In this document: positions 44,248-60,258 of the stretch, piece by piece
Position numbering within the stretch: the stretch's first letter is position 1
How the letters are laid out: every line of letters starts with the position of its first letter
DNA from: the human T2T-CHM13v2.0 reference genome, Homo sapiens
DNA length: 64,000 bases
Strand: one strand, 5' to 3'
Assembly (NCBI RefSeq): GCF_009914755.1
Contig: NC_060942.1
Notes under the pieces: model-generated
Told to the model about the DNA's origin: nothing
Seen by the model: the letters and a program-made list of their open reading frames with translations, nothing else
The model's database searches: none
Program-made: the position numbers and the translations under genes

Positions 44248-45354
44248 AGTAGTAAATAAAATTGACACAAACCATTTCCTCACAGAGCTCACAGTCTAGT
44301 GGGTCAGACAGCAATCAACCAAACTATTATGACAGACACTCTTGGAAGTGCTGTGAAAGAAGAATACGAGGAGGAATAGATTTTTGAATGACTTGGTTTA
44401 ACTAGTGTTGTGGGAGGAAGGTGGCATCAGAAGAGGCTTCCTTGAAGGAGTAATCTTAGGCTTGCAATGCATAAGTCTAATAGAAGTTCCTTTGGTAGGA
44501 GTCAGGAAGAAAAATGGAGACTTTCCCAGAGGCTAGCACAGTTTTTAAAAGGTCTAAACTTGATAGGGCCTAGAGTTCTTGACTACACTAAGTCTAGAGA
44601 GCTTGAACAGTACCACATGAGCCAGAACATGAAAAACCTTTTAACACCGTGTTAGGAATTATATGCTTCCAGCTGTATGTAACAGAAAGATTTTTAAAAA
44701 ATGAAAGTGGCTTAATTTGTAAACATAATTATTGCTTACACAATAAGAAACCCAGATTATTAGTCTGTTTCCACACTGCTATAAAGAAATGCCCAAGACT
44801 AGGGAGCTTTGTTGTTATGTAACAGAGATATTACAAAGGAACACATATGCAAGTATAATTTTATTATTTTTCAGAATAACTTATGCTTTTATTCTTTCCC
44901 TTTTGCAGCTATATAAATTACCTTTTTGAATGGAACCCCCGACCCAGGCCTTGGGGGTTCCTGCATTAGGATCATTCATGGATATTCATTAAGCCCATTT
45001 TTTTTCACATTGTCAGCTGAGAAATGGCCAAGACTTTTGAATTATTAGTTAGGATTTTTCAAGTGCCTTAGCACTGTTGTCTGTTCTAGCATGTGATTGA
45101 GTTCTAAAACACAGTTATTAGAAAACTCACAAAGGCATTTTTTAATTAGAAAAAAAGGAATTATGAGATAGATTTAATCTCACAGCATCATACTTGTTTA
45201 TTCTTGATGGGAGCTCAGTAACAGACTGTTGCTTTGTAAAGTTATCAGTGCATTTAAAAAAATTTCCAAGCAAAGGGAATAAATTGGGTTATAGAAACTG
45301 GCAAAAATAAACCTGATTATCATTATGTCAGTCCTGGGCAATTGAAGAAATGGA

Positions 45355-45866
<512 letters not shown>

Positions 45867-47492
45867 TCATTAAAACTGGTTACTAGAATAATTAAAATAG
45901 AAATTGAAACAAGGTGGCAAAAGAAGCACAAAGCCAAAACTGCAACTCCAAGGGAAAATTAAATATGGGATCATATAATAATCATTGGAAGAGCCTACCA
46001 CACCAAGAAAACACCTATTTCTGTAAGTTATTTTTCTGCAGACAGGCCACCGTGGACTCTTGCAATGCAAATTGTATCCCATAATTATGAGCGTATGTTA
46101 TATTCATGATTCATGAAAATCACATGGGAAGGAAAAAATCATTCCTCTCCTTTCAAAATAAGATGCTTAAGGCTTCCTTTTCTCTTATAGAGATGGCCTT
46201 GTTAATTGAATTCTGATACTCAAGTCTACCAACCAACACTTCCCTGACTTACAGTACAAAAGGCACTGAGAGTTTTGGTTTCTATAATAATTCTTTCCAT
46301 GCTTCCATGACTTACCAAAATCTTGCTCCTTATTGGCACATTAGTTTTCCTTGATGTATTAACATATTTAATACAACTACAGTCAAGTTTTCTGAGATCC
46401 CTCTATAATACATTTTTAATGTTATTTTTTTCTCTTGATAATCTTTAAAAAGTTAAATCTATTTTGGGTTCTGTGAATGAATATCTTATAACTAAGTACT
46501 GACATTTGATTTTCATGCTTTTATCTGTGTTGTGTTTGCAACTGTTTTGGAAACAATCAGTATTACTTTAATTGTTATGAGCTAATGAGAAAAGGACAAA
46601 GTCAGGCTTAAAACAAAAAGATGTGTTGTAGGCAAGATAAAGCCAGAATACATCATGGTGGTTACACTCATGAAGAGTTCATAGTTATTTGAATAGAGAA
46701 AAAGAGTCTAGAAAAATGAATTGCCCTGTGGAATATAGCAGTATAGACGTGCTGAATTTCAAAGAATCAGTCCTGTAAGAGTAGCCAACACTATATTCCA
46801 TAATCATTTTGCAAACAACAGTTTCCGTAAAAAATCCCACTATTATATTAAGATTGTTAATTTGAAGTTTTTATATTTAATTTGTAAATTTGTTTGGTTG
46901 TATATGTATATAATATTATCTTAGGTTTATACATTAAATGCCATTACATAATGAAAGTAATTTATTCACCACTGGGATCAGATAATTTACTCCTTTACAC
47001 ATTGTCAATATTTTATTCAAGATTGAGGTTTCACATCAAACCTCACACTCATTGCTGGAGTTATGCCTTAAACAGAGTACTTGTGACAACAGTGTTACTG
47101 TTGAATGGCTGTGATAATTAGAAAGTTCAATTTGTATTGTTTGTTGAAATTACATTTCCTGTAAGTTCCAACCATTGGTGGCAGTTATTCTTAGGAACAA
47201 ATCAAAGGTGCTCTTTTTGTTTAAACTTTAAGTTATAGGAGGATAACTATCATGTTTTTCTTTATTCTACCCAAATCCTTTTCTTGCCTCCATAAATATT
47301 TTTGAGAACTTATTTTGTGTAAAACATTCTGCATTAGCCATTTTTTTTCCTTTTCCAGGTTAAACAGCTCCACACCTTTCACCCTTTCTTGGAAATATTT
47401 TTTTTCTAATCCCTCAACATTCTAATTACGCCATTTTGCACATACTTTAGTGATGTCCGTCTTAAAATGCAGCACTTAGAAATAAAGACATA

Positions 47493-48098
<606 letters not shown>

Positions 48099-48794
48099 AA
48101 ATAAAGGCATAGAAAATGGAGACTTTCATTCAATATCATCATTAATAACCAGTAAGTAGGAAGTATTAAACTCAGCAATGCATTAGACAGCTAGCGGGGC
48201 AAGACACGGAAGTAAATGGCACACTGGTCTTACCTTCCAAGAGTTTTCAATCTAATTGGAAGGGAGTATTACAATTTTAGATTATAATAATTATAAAAAC
48301 AAACATTATAGGAGCTCAGAGGGTTTAGAGATCTGTGTTCTGTAGTTATTACAGGAGGCCTCTAGATTCTAACTTGGGTTAGGGCTTGAAACTACATTGA
48401 ATTTGAATATTCCCAGTTTAAACATGCACGCAAGTATTATGTCCAAAGTAGCATGAATACTGACAACACCAAACATGAAACCCAGATTTATTTATTCTCT
48501 ATTTAGTCCTTTCCCTACTCTTTAGAGCAGAAAGAGAAAATCCTTGCTTGAGATAGCAAATTAGTGCTACACTTTTTGGGAAGGCCACTGGAATTTAAAC
48601 CTGGCAAAATTCCAATTTTTGTGCTTGTAACCTGTTTAGCCGGCAGCCAGTGAAAGCTGTTATAATTCTTTTTGAATTGAATTTTCTTTCGTATTGTTTT
48701 AGGTACAGCTCAAGCTCAAATGATAGCGTCTCTTTTTCTTTAAAAAAAAAAAAAAAGTGCTGTCAAGACAGGAAAACTGGAATGTAACCAGATT

Positions 48795-49310
<516 letters not shown>

Positions 49311-50290
49311 AAGCACAGCAGTAGGAATAGCCCTTAAGTTCCGCTGTATTTTACAGTCTTTAAAGTTTTTGCTGTTCAGCCTTTTGAGAGTTTATTACTA
49401 TTTCATTGTAAATTAAGAAATCAAGTCTCGTCGTAAGTAAGAGGACGATCTTTATTTTGGAACGGGGCTTGTAGGGTGGAATGAAGGCTTCAGAAATTAT
49501 GGAGAGGTAGACACAGGCAGATGCGATAGTTGAGAATAAGATGAGCACATGGTGTATTAGCACGGGAGGTGATAGAGGCCTAGAGTGAATCTTTGGGTAG
49601 TATGGCAGTGTTTAGTCAGGGAAGTTGGGAGTAAGTCGAAGATGAGGGTTCCAGTTTCAAAGGTACCAAGAAGATAGGAGAAAAGAGTCTTTGCAGGAAA
49701 ACGTTGGGGCACCACGGCTGAAGTAAAGGTCAAGGGCGTGATATCTTGAGATGAGGATAATAGAACTGGTATGAATGACGAGGGATGCACAAGACAGAGT
49801 TGGAAATTATGTCCCTTTTAAGGTGGTCATGTAGGAGTGTTGTCAAAGCTATCACAAATTATTGACCATAGCATCATCCATAATTAATAAACATTTCTTG
49901 TGTATGTTCAATTAATATTCAACAAATATGTGTCGGTCAAAGGCCTGCAGTAAGTGATAGATAAATTTTCTCAGTTGTCTGATGTACCTTTGAATGATCA
50001 TTTCATTTTATTTTCAGAAGTCCCTTATTCGCTGACAAATACTTTACTTTTTAGTTTGTGGTGGTGGTGGTAAAAGTAATATGTCAACAACCACCTTGTA
50101 CCTTTGTATGATACTTTATACACTCATTTAAGGTATTTTCCATAGCATACACCACTAGTAGTTTATACAGGATCAATATTGATAAAGGGCTTTCCTTCAG
50201 CTTGATGCTCAGTATTTCTTGGATATATGAATGCATTTTTTGAAATGTTTGAACATTAAAAATAAAGAAAAAGCCAAAAAAACCGGTCCC

Positions 50291-50335
50291 TTTTTTTTTT
50301 TTTTTTTTTTTTTGGAGACAGGGTCTCACTCTGTC
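50291..50335 (-). mobile_element. Extremely 5'-truncated Alu 3' end (poly(T) plus ~22 nt)
   Basis: T23 followed by ggagacagggtctcactctgtc, then non-Alu sequence. Confidence 0.75.
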
Positions 50336-51163
50336 TCCTTTCCCTTTGGGATGACGTTCTGCTTCTTTTGCTTCAACTCTCATGCATTGTTCAGGATCAT
50401 TTCAGACATCTATCTGGGGTACTAAGTCCCTTCCCCATGCCAGCCTAAGTACTCTTGAGACTCTGATTTATCTTACTGTAATGGGAAGAATATTGGCTTT
50501 GGCCTCCCTGCCCTAGTGTTTATTCTCAGCTCTGTTACTTACTTTGTGACTGTGGATAAGGAGTTTAGTTTATAAGTCTCTGTTTCCTCATTTATAAAAT
50601 GAGAATATGGTGAAAATTATGTAAGAAAGAAAATATAAAATGCCTGGCACAGTATCTGATGTAATCTTGATGTCTAAAAAATGTTCCTCCCTCTGTGATA
50701 GTATCCTGTGCATATCTATTTATGACTTATACCACTGTTTTAAAGAAATGATCAGACAATGCATATGCATAGTAAAAGAAAAAAATGGAAAGAGTAGAAT
50801 AAAAACATGCAGTTAAAAGTAAATTTTTTTCCCCAGAAGCAATGACTTAATATTTTATTGTAATACTGTATTGCTTATCTTTTCTTTCTTCTGGGCTTCT
50901 TTGTCCACTATGGTAAATGTTTCCTGAAAGAATAGATGAATATGTGGTCAACTTGAAATGAAGAAAATGAAACCAAGGCCTAGAAAGCTGGTGACTTCCA
51001 GAGGGTAGATCAAGGGTCAATGGCAGCGTTTAAAATTCAGAAGTATAAAATAGAGAAATGTGTTGATGAAGATGGGACTGATATTAGGTATGTTAGGATT
51101 TTAAGAAACCCTTATCATATATAAAAATGACATTAATTTCATATACAGGAAAATGTTGTTTAG

Positions 51164-51502
<339 letters not shown>

Positions 51503-52385
51503 TAAGTTTTTTTGTGGCATATGGTATGTTACAGACTGTTCTTACCTTTCTTTATGGATGCTGCAAGTATAATTTAGTAGGATTATAGAGGAATTTCTTA
51601 ATACCTATAGGCATTGATCAAATCATTTGAAGTAGAAACATACTCAGATAAAGTATTATGCATGTCAGTATTATAACTGCAATTGAAATAGAAATGGATT
51701 TATGTTTGTAGTTAGCATATTGACATTTTGATAAGCACTTGACTGATTTACATGACCAAAAACAAAAACACGTCTGTGGCATTTTAAAATTCTTTACCAT
51801 CCTGTGCTCTTGAATGCATAAATACTTCTGGATAGTCTGAAATATTGTCCAACCTGATGTTTGGAGCTCAGATTTTTAGAGATAGATCTATTGCCATCGG
51901 TTCAGATAAAATTTTTATTATTATTTTACATATGAAACTAATTTATTTAGATTCATAGTTTATTCAGCATGGCACATTAGCAAGACCTTGTCAAGATGCA
52001 GGGTAAATATAATGAACATGAAGTTCCTGTTTTTTTCAGAAGAGTATTGTGGATCCTTAATCTGACTTCTTGACACTTCTTATTTGATAGACTATGTAGT
52101 GCAGTTCTGATGTTTGATCAGCGAGTGTTATTCAGCACTCTGGTAGGCTCAGTGTAGGATACACAGGCTGTATGCTTTTAAGGAAGGAGTGTTCATGGAA
52201 GACAGGATGTGACCACATGGACAGCCAGACTGTGCCATAGAGGGTTCAACCCTGTGTGTCCCAGGTGTCACCCAGTGTAGCTGGAAAGGGTTTTCAAACA
52301 GCAGAAGCCTGAACTCTGGTGATCTGGCCATATCGAAACCAAGTATTTTAATGGTGTAATTTCTTCAGTAGTCTTTGTGGAGAGA

Positions 52386-52526
52386 TATCTGTCTGTCTGT
52401 CTGTCTATCTAGCCTATCTATCTGTATATATATATGTGTGTATATAGATATAGATATATATGTATATAGATATGTGTGTATGTGTATGTAGATATACACA
52501 CACACATAAAAAATATATATATATAC
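52386..52526. repeat. Compound (TCTG)/(TCTA)/(TA)/(TG)/(CA) microsatellite
   Basis: Directly visible low-complexity tract. Confidence 0.9.
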
Positions 52527-53263
52527 TTAATACTTTTTATTCTGGAAAATTTTAAACCTACAAAAATAGAATAATACAGTGAACGCCTAAGTTTCTGTTA
52601 CATACCTACTGTTAACTCATGGCCAATCTTGTATTCTCACCATTTTGTAACAAACCTCAAACGTTATAACACCTTAACTGTAAGTATTTCTGTATATCTG
52701 TTTTTAAAGCATAACTACAGTATCATCATCATCACACCTAAAACAATGGAGCAGAATTCCTTAATTGTATCAGAGATTCTTAAACTGGAATCAGGAAGTC
52801 TTCAAACCCCTGAAGGTGTATGCAGAATTTTGTGTTTTGTGTACTTTTTCAGGGACAGAGCTCAAAGCTTTAATTAGATTTTTGAGGTCACCTATTACTC
52901 TCAGAAGAGTTAAAACAAATTTAGGTCTAGAAGGCCAAAAACATTTTGGTAAGGAAAAATGTATAGTGGCTTCTGTTGCATGACTTGACAAAAAAGGAAA
53001 TTACAACAAAAGCAAATTCTCAATTACAAGATTAAAGGTTTTCTCCTCCTCCTCCCATTTGCCAACTCTTCTCTGCATTAGTTTTTATATTATATGTTTG
53101 CAAGAATATAAAAACTTCCATGTTTGATCTCTAAAAGTTGAATTTTTAACGTTTGTAGTTTTTAAATTGTGAAAGTACTGGAAAGTACGCTAAAATTATT
53201 TAAAACGACTTTGAAATTAAAATGTCTAAGCTATGTAGACAATAGATTTAGAAAAACACCTTA

Positions 53264-53562
<299 letters not shown>

Positions 53563-54483
53563 CTAAGAGAAAACATTTGCACATTTTATACATCCTGCTC
53601 TTTAGTATTCAAAAGTTGAATTTATTGGTAGTTCATCAAAACAAAAGTTGCCATCCTAAAGTGAGTGGAGGTAAAAACCTTAAATAGTCCTTATTGTTTA
53701 TAAGTATTTGCTTAAAAGAGATATTCTATAAACCTTGGAAAGAAGAAATTAGATCATAAAGGGATCTCTTGCTATCCAAATTTTTGCATTCCTTAGTTCA
53801 GATAGTATTTTAGGGCCAGTATGAGATTCTAAATTATTTAAATCTGTTTGATTTCTGACTTTCTGATAGTGAGTTGTGAGAGTTCTAATAATGAGGAACT
53901 CATCCGAAATTTATTCAAGTCTATCATATCATGTCCTATTCTGTCCTACACTAAGAGATCCCATGAGGGACACTTGTACTTCCTTTAATTACACTTAAGG
54001 TAAATTCTCATTTTTAGGTGTATGTACTGCAAATTTCTAAGTTTTTTTCTTATGTGAATATTATTCTTTAGGGAAGTAGTTTACATTTTTAAGAACACTT
54101 ATATTTCACATTGTCTCATAAAGGTTTTGAAAATGGCTTTAGAGAGACATATAATACAATCTAATTCAAAAATTACAAAGTTAGGATTCAGAAGTATTTT
54201 AATCAGATTCGAGTGCTAGCACAATGGTATGCGGTGATGGCGGTACCTGGTGGGGATTGGAGCATCCAGATTTAGGCTTTGCAGTCTGGTGATGTTTTGA
54301 TTGTTGCCAAGTGAATGTAATCTTAAGGTTAATGAGGGTTAGCGGATGGGGTAGGGATGATTCGTGAAGAGGAGGAGAACGAAGTGGTGTCCAAAATATA
54401 TACCTTTTTGGTGTCTGACTAGATTTTTCTATAACTTCTAGAATATCTAGAGCAGTTTTCAAACTTTTTGACTGAAGGATCAT

Positions 54484-54752
54484 TTTTTCTTTTTTCTTTT
54501 TTTTTTTGAGATGGCGTCTCGCTCTGTCGCCAGGCTGGAGTGCAGTGGCATGATCTTGGCTCACTGCAGTCTTCACCCTCTGGGTTCAAGCAATCTCCTG
54601 CCTCAGCCTCCCAAGTAGCTGGGACTACAGGCGCGCACCACCATGCCCGGCTGATTTTTGTATTTTTAGTAGAGACACGGTTTCACCATGTTGGCGAAGC
54701 TCATCTTGAACTCCTGACCTCAAGTGATCTGCCTGCCTCGGCCTCCCAAAGT
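54484..54752 (-). mobile_element. 5'-truncated AluS
   Basis: Reverse-strand Alu ending at cctcccaaagt; TSD aggatcatttttt. Confidence 0.92.
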
Positions 54753-56218
54753 AGGATCATTTTTTTCAAAAGAACTCTTCTGCAGAAGCCTCGTATATAA
54801 AACATATTAAGTGCAGTTGCTTTGATTGAAAGTGGTGTTGCCTGGTATTGGATAGCAAAAGGTTTGAGACAAATGATTAGTTGGTCATTGGTGTTGTCTG
54901 GTAGTCATTAAAGGACAGAATACAGAATAATAAATTCCACAATATTATCCAAAAAGAAATTTGGATAATATCCAAAACATTATTTTGGATGTTATCGCTT
55001 ATTGTTGTCTTCAACTTTAGCCAGTGTTAATTAACTTCTGTGGTTTATTCATTGGCAAAAGTTGGCACTGCTTAGTGTTTTTCTTTCTAGCCTGCCCTAC
55101 CATGTGGCTAGTAATTAGATAATTTTATTTAGTTGTTTGAGCCTATTTGTAGTAGATACTGGCTTTCTTAAGCATGTGATTAAAAAAGTATTTCATAGAA
55201 GAAAAGGATTTAATAACTCCTTTTTCTTGAAATTGATAGCCATCTCTAATTTATATGGCGTATATAAATGATTTGTTGTTTAAGTTTTTGGAAATTTTGT
55301 TAAATGTTTTAGCAATACAGATGTATTTAACATAGACTAGGATATGTCCCTTAGATAATAACTTTGAATGAACAGAATAATTTTGAGTAAACAGAAATAG
55401 AATTCTATGTGTCTGCTAGGTATTAGTTTGGCATATTGTTGGCACAGTATTCTTTTGGAATTTAAAAGCCAGCTCCTCTTGAAGAGGGTTGAAATTATCA
55501 AATGAATACAGTGTGAAATTTAAAAGTATAAGAAAATTTACATAAATATATAGAGGGTTTAAAAAAAAAGAGCTGTGGTGTCATTAACTATATTATTATT
55601 AACAAACATTCCTCAGTGAAAGAATATATACAGATGTGCTTTGAAAGCATAAAGCACTAATAGCTTAATGTTATCAGTATTAATGAAATCATTTGAGGAA
55701 CAGAAAATTCTCGCATAAGAAGTCACATATCTGTCTGGAGCAGTCTGGTAACTTCATGTGATAAAGGTAGTAGATTTTCTACTTTGAGTTTTTGTTTTGA
55801 TTGTTTTTTTTCCTGATTTATTCTCAGAAGTGCTTTTGAGTATGAGTAATTTTGATTATTTTATCTTCATAATGTAAATTGGGTTTTGAAGAGTGGTTAA
55901 AGAAAATCATGGTTTGTTTAAAAAGTTCTAACAGGTTGAAATGTTTTCCCAGGTTTTTTTCGCCATTATATTATCTGGTGTCTTGGTGTTTTCTGAGTTT
56001 TATTAAAAAATTTAACAGAGCTGTTTTTCATGAGCTCTATTAAAACAATTATGTTTTTATTTAAAATGGAAAGTTGCCTTTAGCAAAATTGAGGTGACTG
56101 CCATATTATTTTTTAGAGTCTAACAACATTTTTGGAACCTTTTCCTCTGGCCAAAACTTTTTGTGTGGTTTGTTAATTTAAAAGAAAGATATATATATGT
56201 ATTTCTGATTTATGTTAA

Positions 56219-56377
<159 letters not shown>

Positions 56378-56899
56378 TAAGCATTCTGTTGGTCTCATCT
56401 GTAGGAGTGTAGCAGCTTTCTGACCCTTTTCTTTTTCGGAATGAGGGAAGGCTTTAATAGTTTATGCTCAGTCTCCAGTGTAAACCAGTTAGGTACATAT
56501 GATTTGATCATTCCTTACACTGATTTTAACATATATTTCCTACAGGATATACAGATAGATTAGGAAATACAATTTATATTGCTCTTCTGTTGGTGATTTA
56601 ATGTGATTTCTAGTAGAAAATAGAAGTCATTGGGAAATAGAACCTTGCTTTTAGGGAAAAGTGACTATGACATATAACTGCTTTGTTACAGGGTTTATCT
56701 GCTTTTTTTATAATATTGACAGAAAGGATGAAAAACAGGATTAAAAAGCATTCATTAGCTAATGATGGTAATGATTGTGATAGAAAAGATAATTCAGTTT
56801 TTGAAACATTTGCAAATACTAGATGTTAATTGTTAAAAAAAAAATCCCATAGTCCCAAAGGATATTTTCTCTATATCGTTTTTCTCCTGGGACAGAGGA

Positions 56900-58570
56900 C
56901 TCAGTCTGTCTTTAGAGAATTTGTGACATTCTGTTATTATTCTGCATTTACTAATAGGAATTTTTCACTAAAGAACTTGGTCCTTCATCAAGTATTTACT
57001 TAGTTCATATAGGAAAGACAGATAAATATTTTAACTTTCTTTCCCTTTACCGATTTTAAGACTAATGAGTTTGTGCCCTAGTAACTTGCAAAGGTGGTGA
57101 TCGATGGCTTTTGTGCATTTTGTTTTTTATGTGTTTTAGTCCATTGCTGTCTTTACTCTTTATAATGCTCAAAAAATCTCATTTTTGGTCAGTAGGAGAC
57201 CCTTCAAGTAGACCCCGTGTCCTTTTGGCAGTACACTACTAGTGATTGGTAGCTTCTTTGCTTTCTGGTAGACAAGTTTTTCCAGGCTCATTTGGTAATT
57301 TTCTGCTCCAGACCTGGAATCTCTGAAAGAAGTTCTGGTTCCTTTCAGTGTGAAATGCTATAGATCTGTCTGGATATTACAAATGTCTTAATTTTTGTCT
57401 ACTTTAAAGTTAAAAAATGTTATTTAATTTTTACATCATTAAGTATGAGGAGGATTGTATTTTGGAGTGTTTATTGACTATTTGTGTTTATGTTTCCATG
57501 AACTGCTTTTTGATGTACTTTGTCCTTTTTAGAAATTGAGATATAATTCACATATCATAAAATTCTTTGCTTTTTTTTTTTTTGAGTTGTCGTTTTCTTA
57601 TTGATATATAAGGAGTCTTTGTAGATGAATGGAATTAGCCCTTTGTGGGTTATGTTACAAATACTGCTTTTCTGGTTTGGTTTGTTCTTTTGAATTAGTA
57701 TGTATTTGTTTGCTCTTCATGGATTTTAAATTATTATCTTGAATCTATCAGTTTTTAGTTTTTGGGCTGTGAATTTAATGTTTTAGGAAGTTCCCATTTA
57801 AGATTCTTTAAAATGGTTTCTTCTGTTGTGCTTTTATTCCTTTATATTAAAATCTTTGATTTATCTAAAATTACTTTTGTGAAAGAGTGGTATAGTGAGA
57901 ATAGCTTTTTAGAGAAAACCAAAACAAATGGTTTGAATATTTGTCCCAACACTGCTTATTAAATAAGTCATCTTATCCAGCTATTTTAAAATAGCATCCT
58001 TATATACTCAATTCATCATGTGTTGAAGTCTAAGAGAGGCATTATAGTGTATAGTGCTATAGTGGTTAGGAAAGCAAGTTGTAGATTATCTGGCTTCAAA
58101 TCTTGGCTTCTTTGCTTAGTATCTGTGTATCCTTGGGCAGATTATTTAATCTTATGCCTCAATGTCTTCATATGTTAAATGAAAGAACAATAGTATCCAC
58201 CTCATTGAGTAGTTTATGATTGTTACATTACTAAATACATTTAATGGGCCTGATAAATATTATATCATATATTTATGTATTGAATAAATATTATAATGAC
58301 CTTAATAAATACTAGGTATCCTTCCTGGGCTATTCTGTCAGTTAGGATAGTATTATAAAATGTTTAAGTATTAGGTAAGGATAATTCTTATTAGTCTTTC
58401 TTTTAAAATATTTCCAGGTTTGTTTTGGCAGATACATTTTAATATTTTCTCAATTAAAAAACTCAATGTTATTTTGTTAGAAAATCTTACTGAATTATAT
58501 ATGTTAATTAAAGAGAGAATTGATGCCTTTATAATATTAAATTTTCCTATCCAGGAAAAGAGTGTGTCAG
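56900..58570 (-). mobile_element. Degenerate antisense L1M fragments, with a MIR at ~58040-58230
   Basis: T-rich antisense L1 motifs (ctattgactatttgtg...tttccatgaactg, aatattaaattttcctatccaggaa); MIR core ttcaaatcttggcttc...ccttgggcagattatttaatct. Confidence 0.6.
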
Positions 58571-59224
58571 AAAGGCTTCTAAACTCATGAATGAAATCTA
58601 GATGTAATCCCATTTGGAATAGCTTGGTTGCTTACAAATACCTAGGTATTTTAGTTTAATGTGGCTATTAAAGAGATATTTGTTATTAAAATTCATACAG
58701 GAAAAATAACTTAGATGTAGTCTGAAACATTGTAACTTTCAGTTTTAAAATATACTTTTTGATAAAATAGCATGTTACAGCAGAATGGACATATTGCTAA
58801 ATCAGTATTGTTTCTTTTACAGAGTGTTTACCCCTTATTTTTTGTTACTAGGGAGGGGCTTGTTTGCAACAGAGAAGAAAAAGAAAAATGTACAGCTCTT
58901 CTTAGTGGCTAAATATTTTTGAGAAATAACCAGACATTCCTCTTGGTTTTTCCTCCCAGATTCATCACAAGTGGTTTACCTTCTGGAATATCAACAGGAG
59001 GTTCCCTCATAAAAACACCTGCGTTAGTACTCATGCATTTTAGGGGACTTTAGGATCTAGTTTCAGAGGATTTTCTGACTAGGATGTAGTTGTGGGAGGG
59101 ACAATTGAAATTTCCACAGATGCAGTGAAATGAACTGCGTACATCTAAACAAACTCTCAGATTGATTTTTGGTACTGTTTAGTTTGGCTTCTGGCACGTT
59201 TTTTTAAAAAGTACTACATCAAAT

Positions 59225-59400
59225 CAGTAATAATCAACCTGTGTTTAAGAACCATCCTGGAAGCCTATGAGAAAAGCATCTTCCTGGGTTCTCACTAACT
59301 CAGTGTGTCTGTGGTGGGGCCCAAGAATCAGCATTTTAAACAAGCATCCTGAGTGAGTCTGTGAAAGGGAGCCTATGAACCACATTTTGAGAAGCACTGA
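59225..59400. mobile_element. MER5-like hAT fragment
   Basis: ggtggggcccaagaatcagcattttaaacaagcatcctgagtgagtctg...accacattttgagaagcactg. Confidence 0.7.
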
Positions 59401-59920
59401 ACTGACCTTTGTGATAGTTTATTAATATGACTTACACGTGCATTCATGCGTTCCTCTTCTTTACTCCTTCTCTTGGTGCCCACTTTATTTGTAATTCTGT
59501 GTATATCCCAGTGAAAGGAAAATTCCTTTACCTCCCATCCAAACCAAGCTGGCAGCGTGCCTAAAGACAAATCAGTAGCACTTGTTCTACTTTAAAAAGT
59601 CATTAAACCCCAAGGATTTCTATAAAGGGAGCAGTAGCAATAAGTGAGTGGTTACTTAAATTTGTTTTCTGCCATTAACTAAAATAAGACTTTGAATCTT
59701 GGAAAGTCATCTGTTTTCTCTTAACTCTAACTGGAAAATAGGTCATCCTACACTCCTTCATGTCCCGAACACATCAGATGCCCGATATAAATGAAACCTG
59801 TTAGAGAGAAGCACTGATTGCGTGAAATTATCTCACTTAGAGCTTGATTTCTCCAACTTGAGTCATTTACTTATCACTTTTAGAATTCCATTCATATCTC
59901 TTTGCTAAGTATATTGTTCC

Positions 59921-60258
<338 letters not shown>

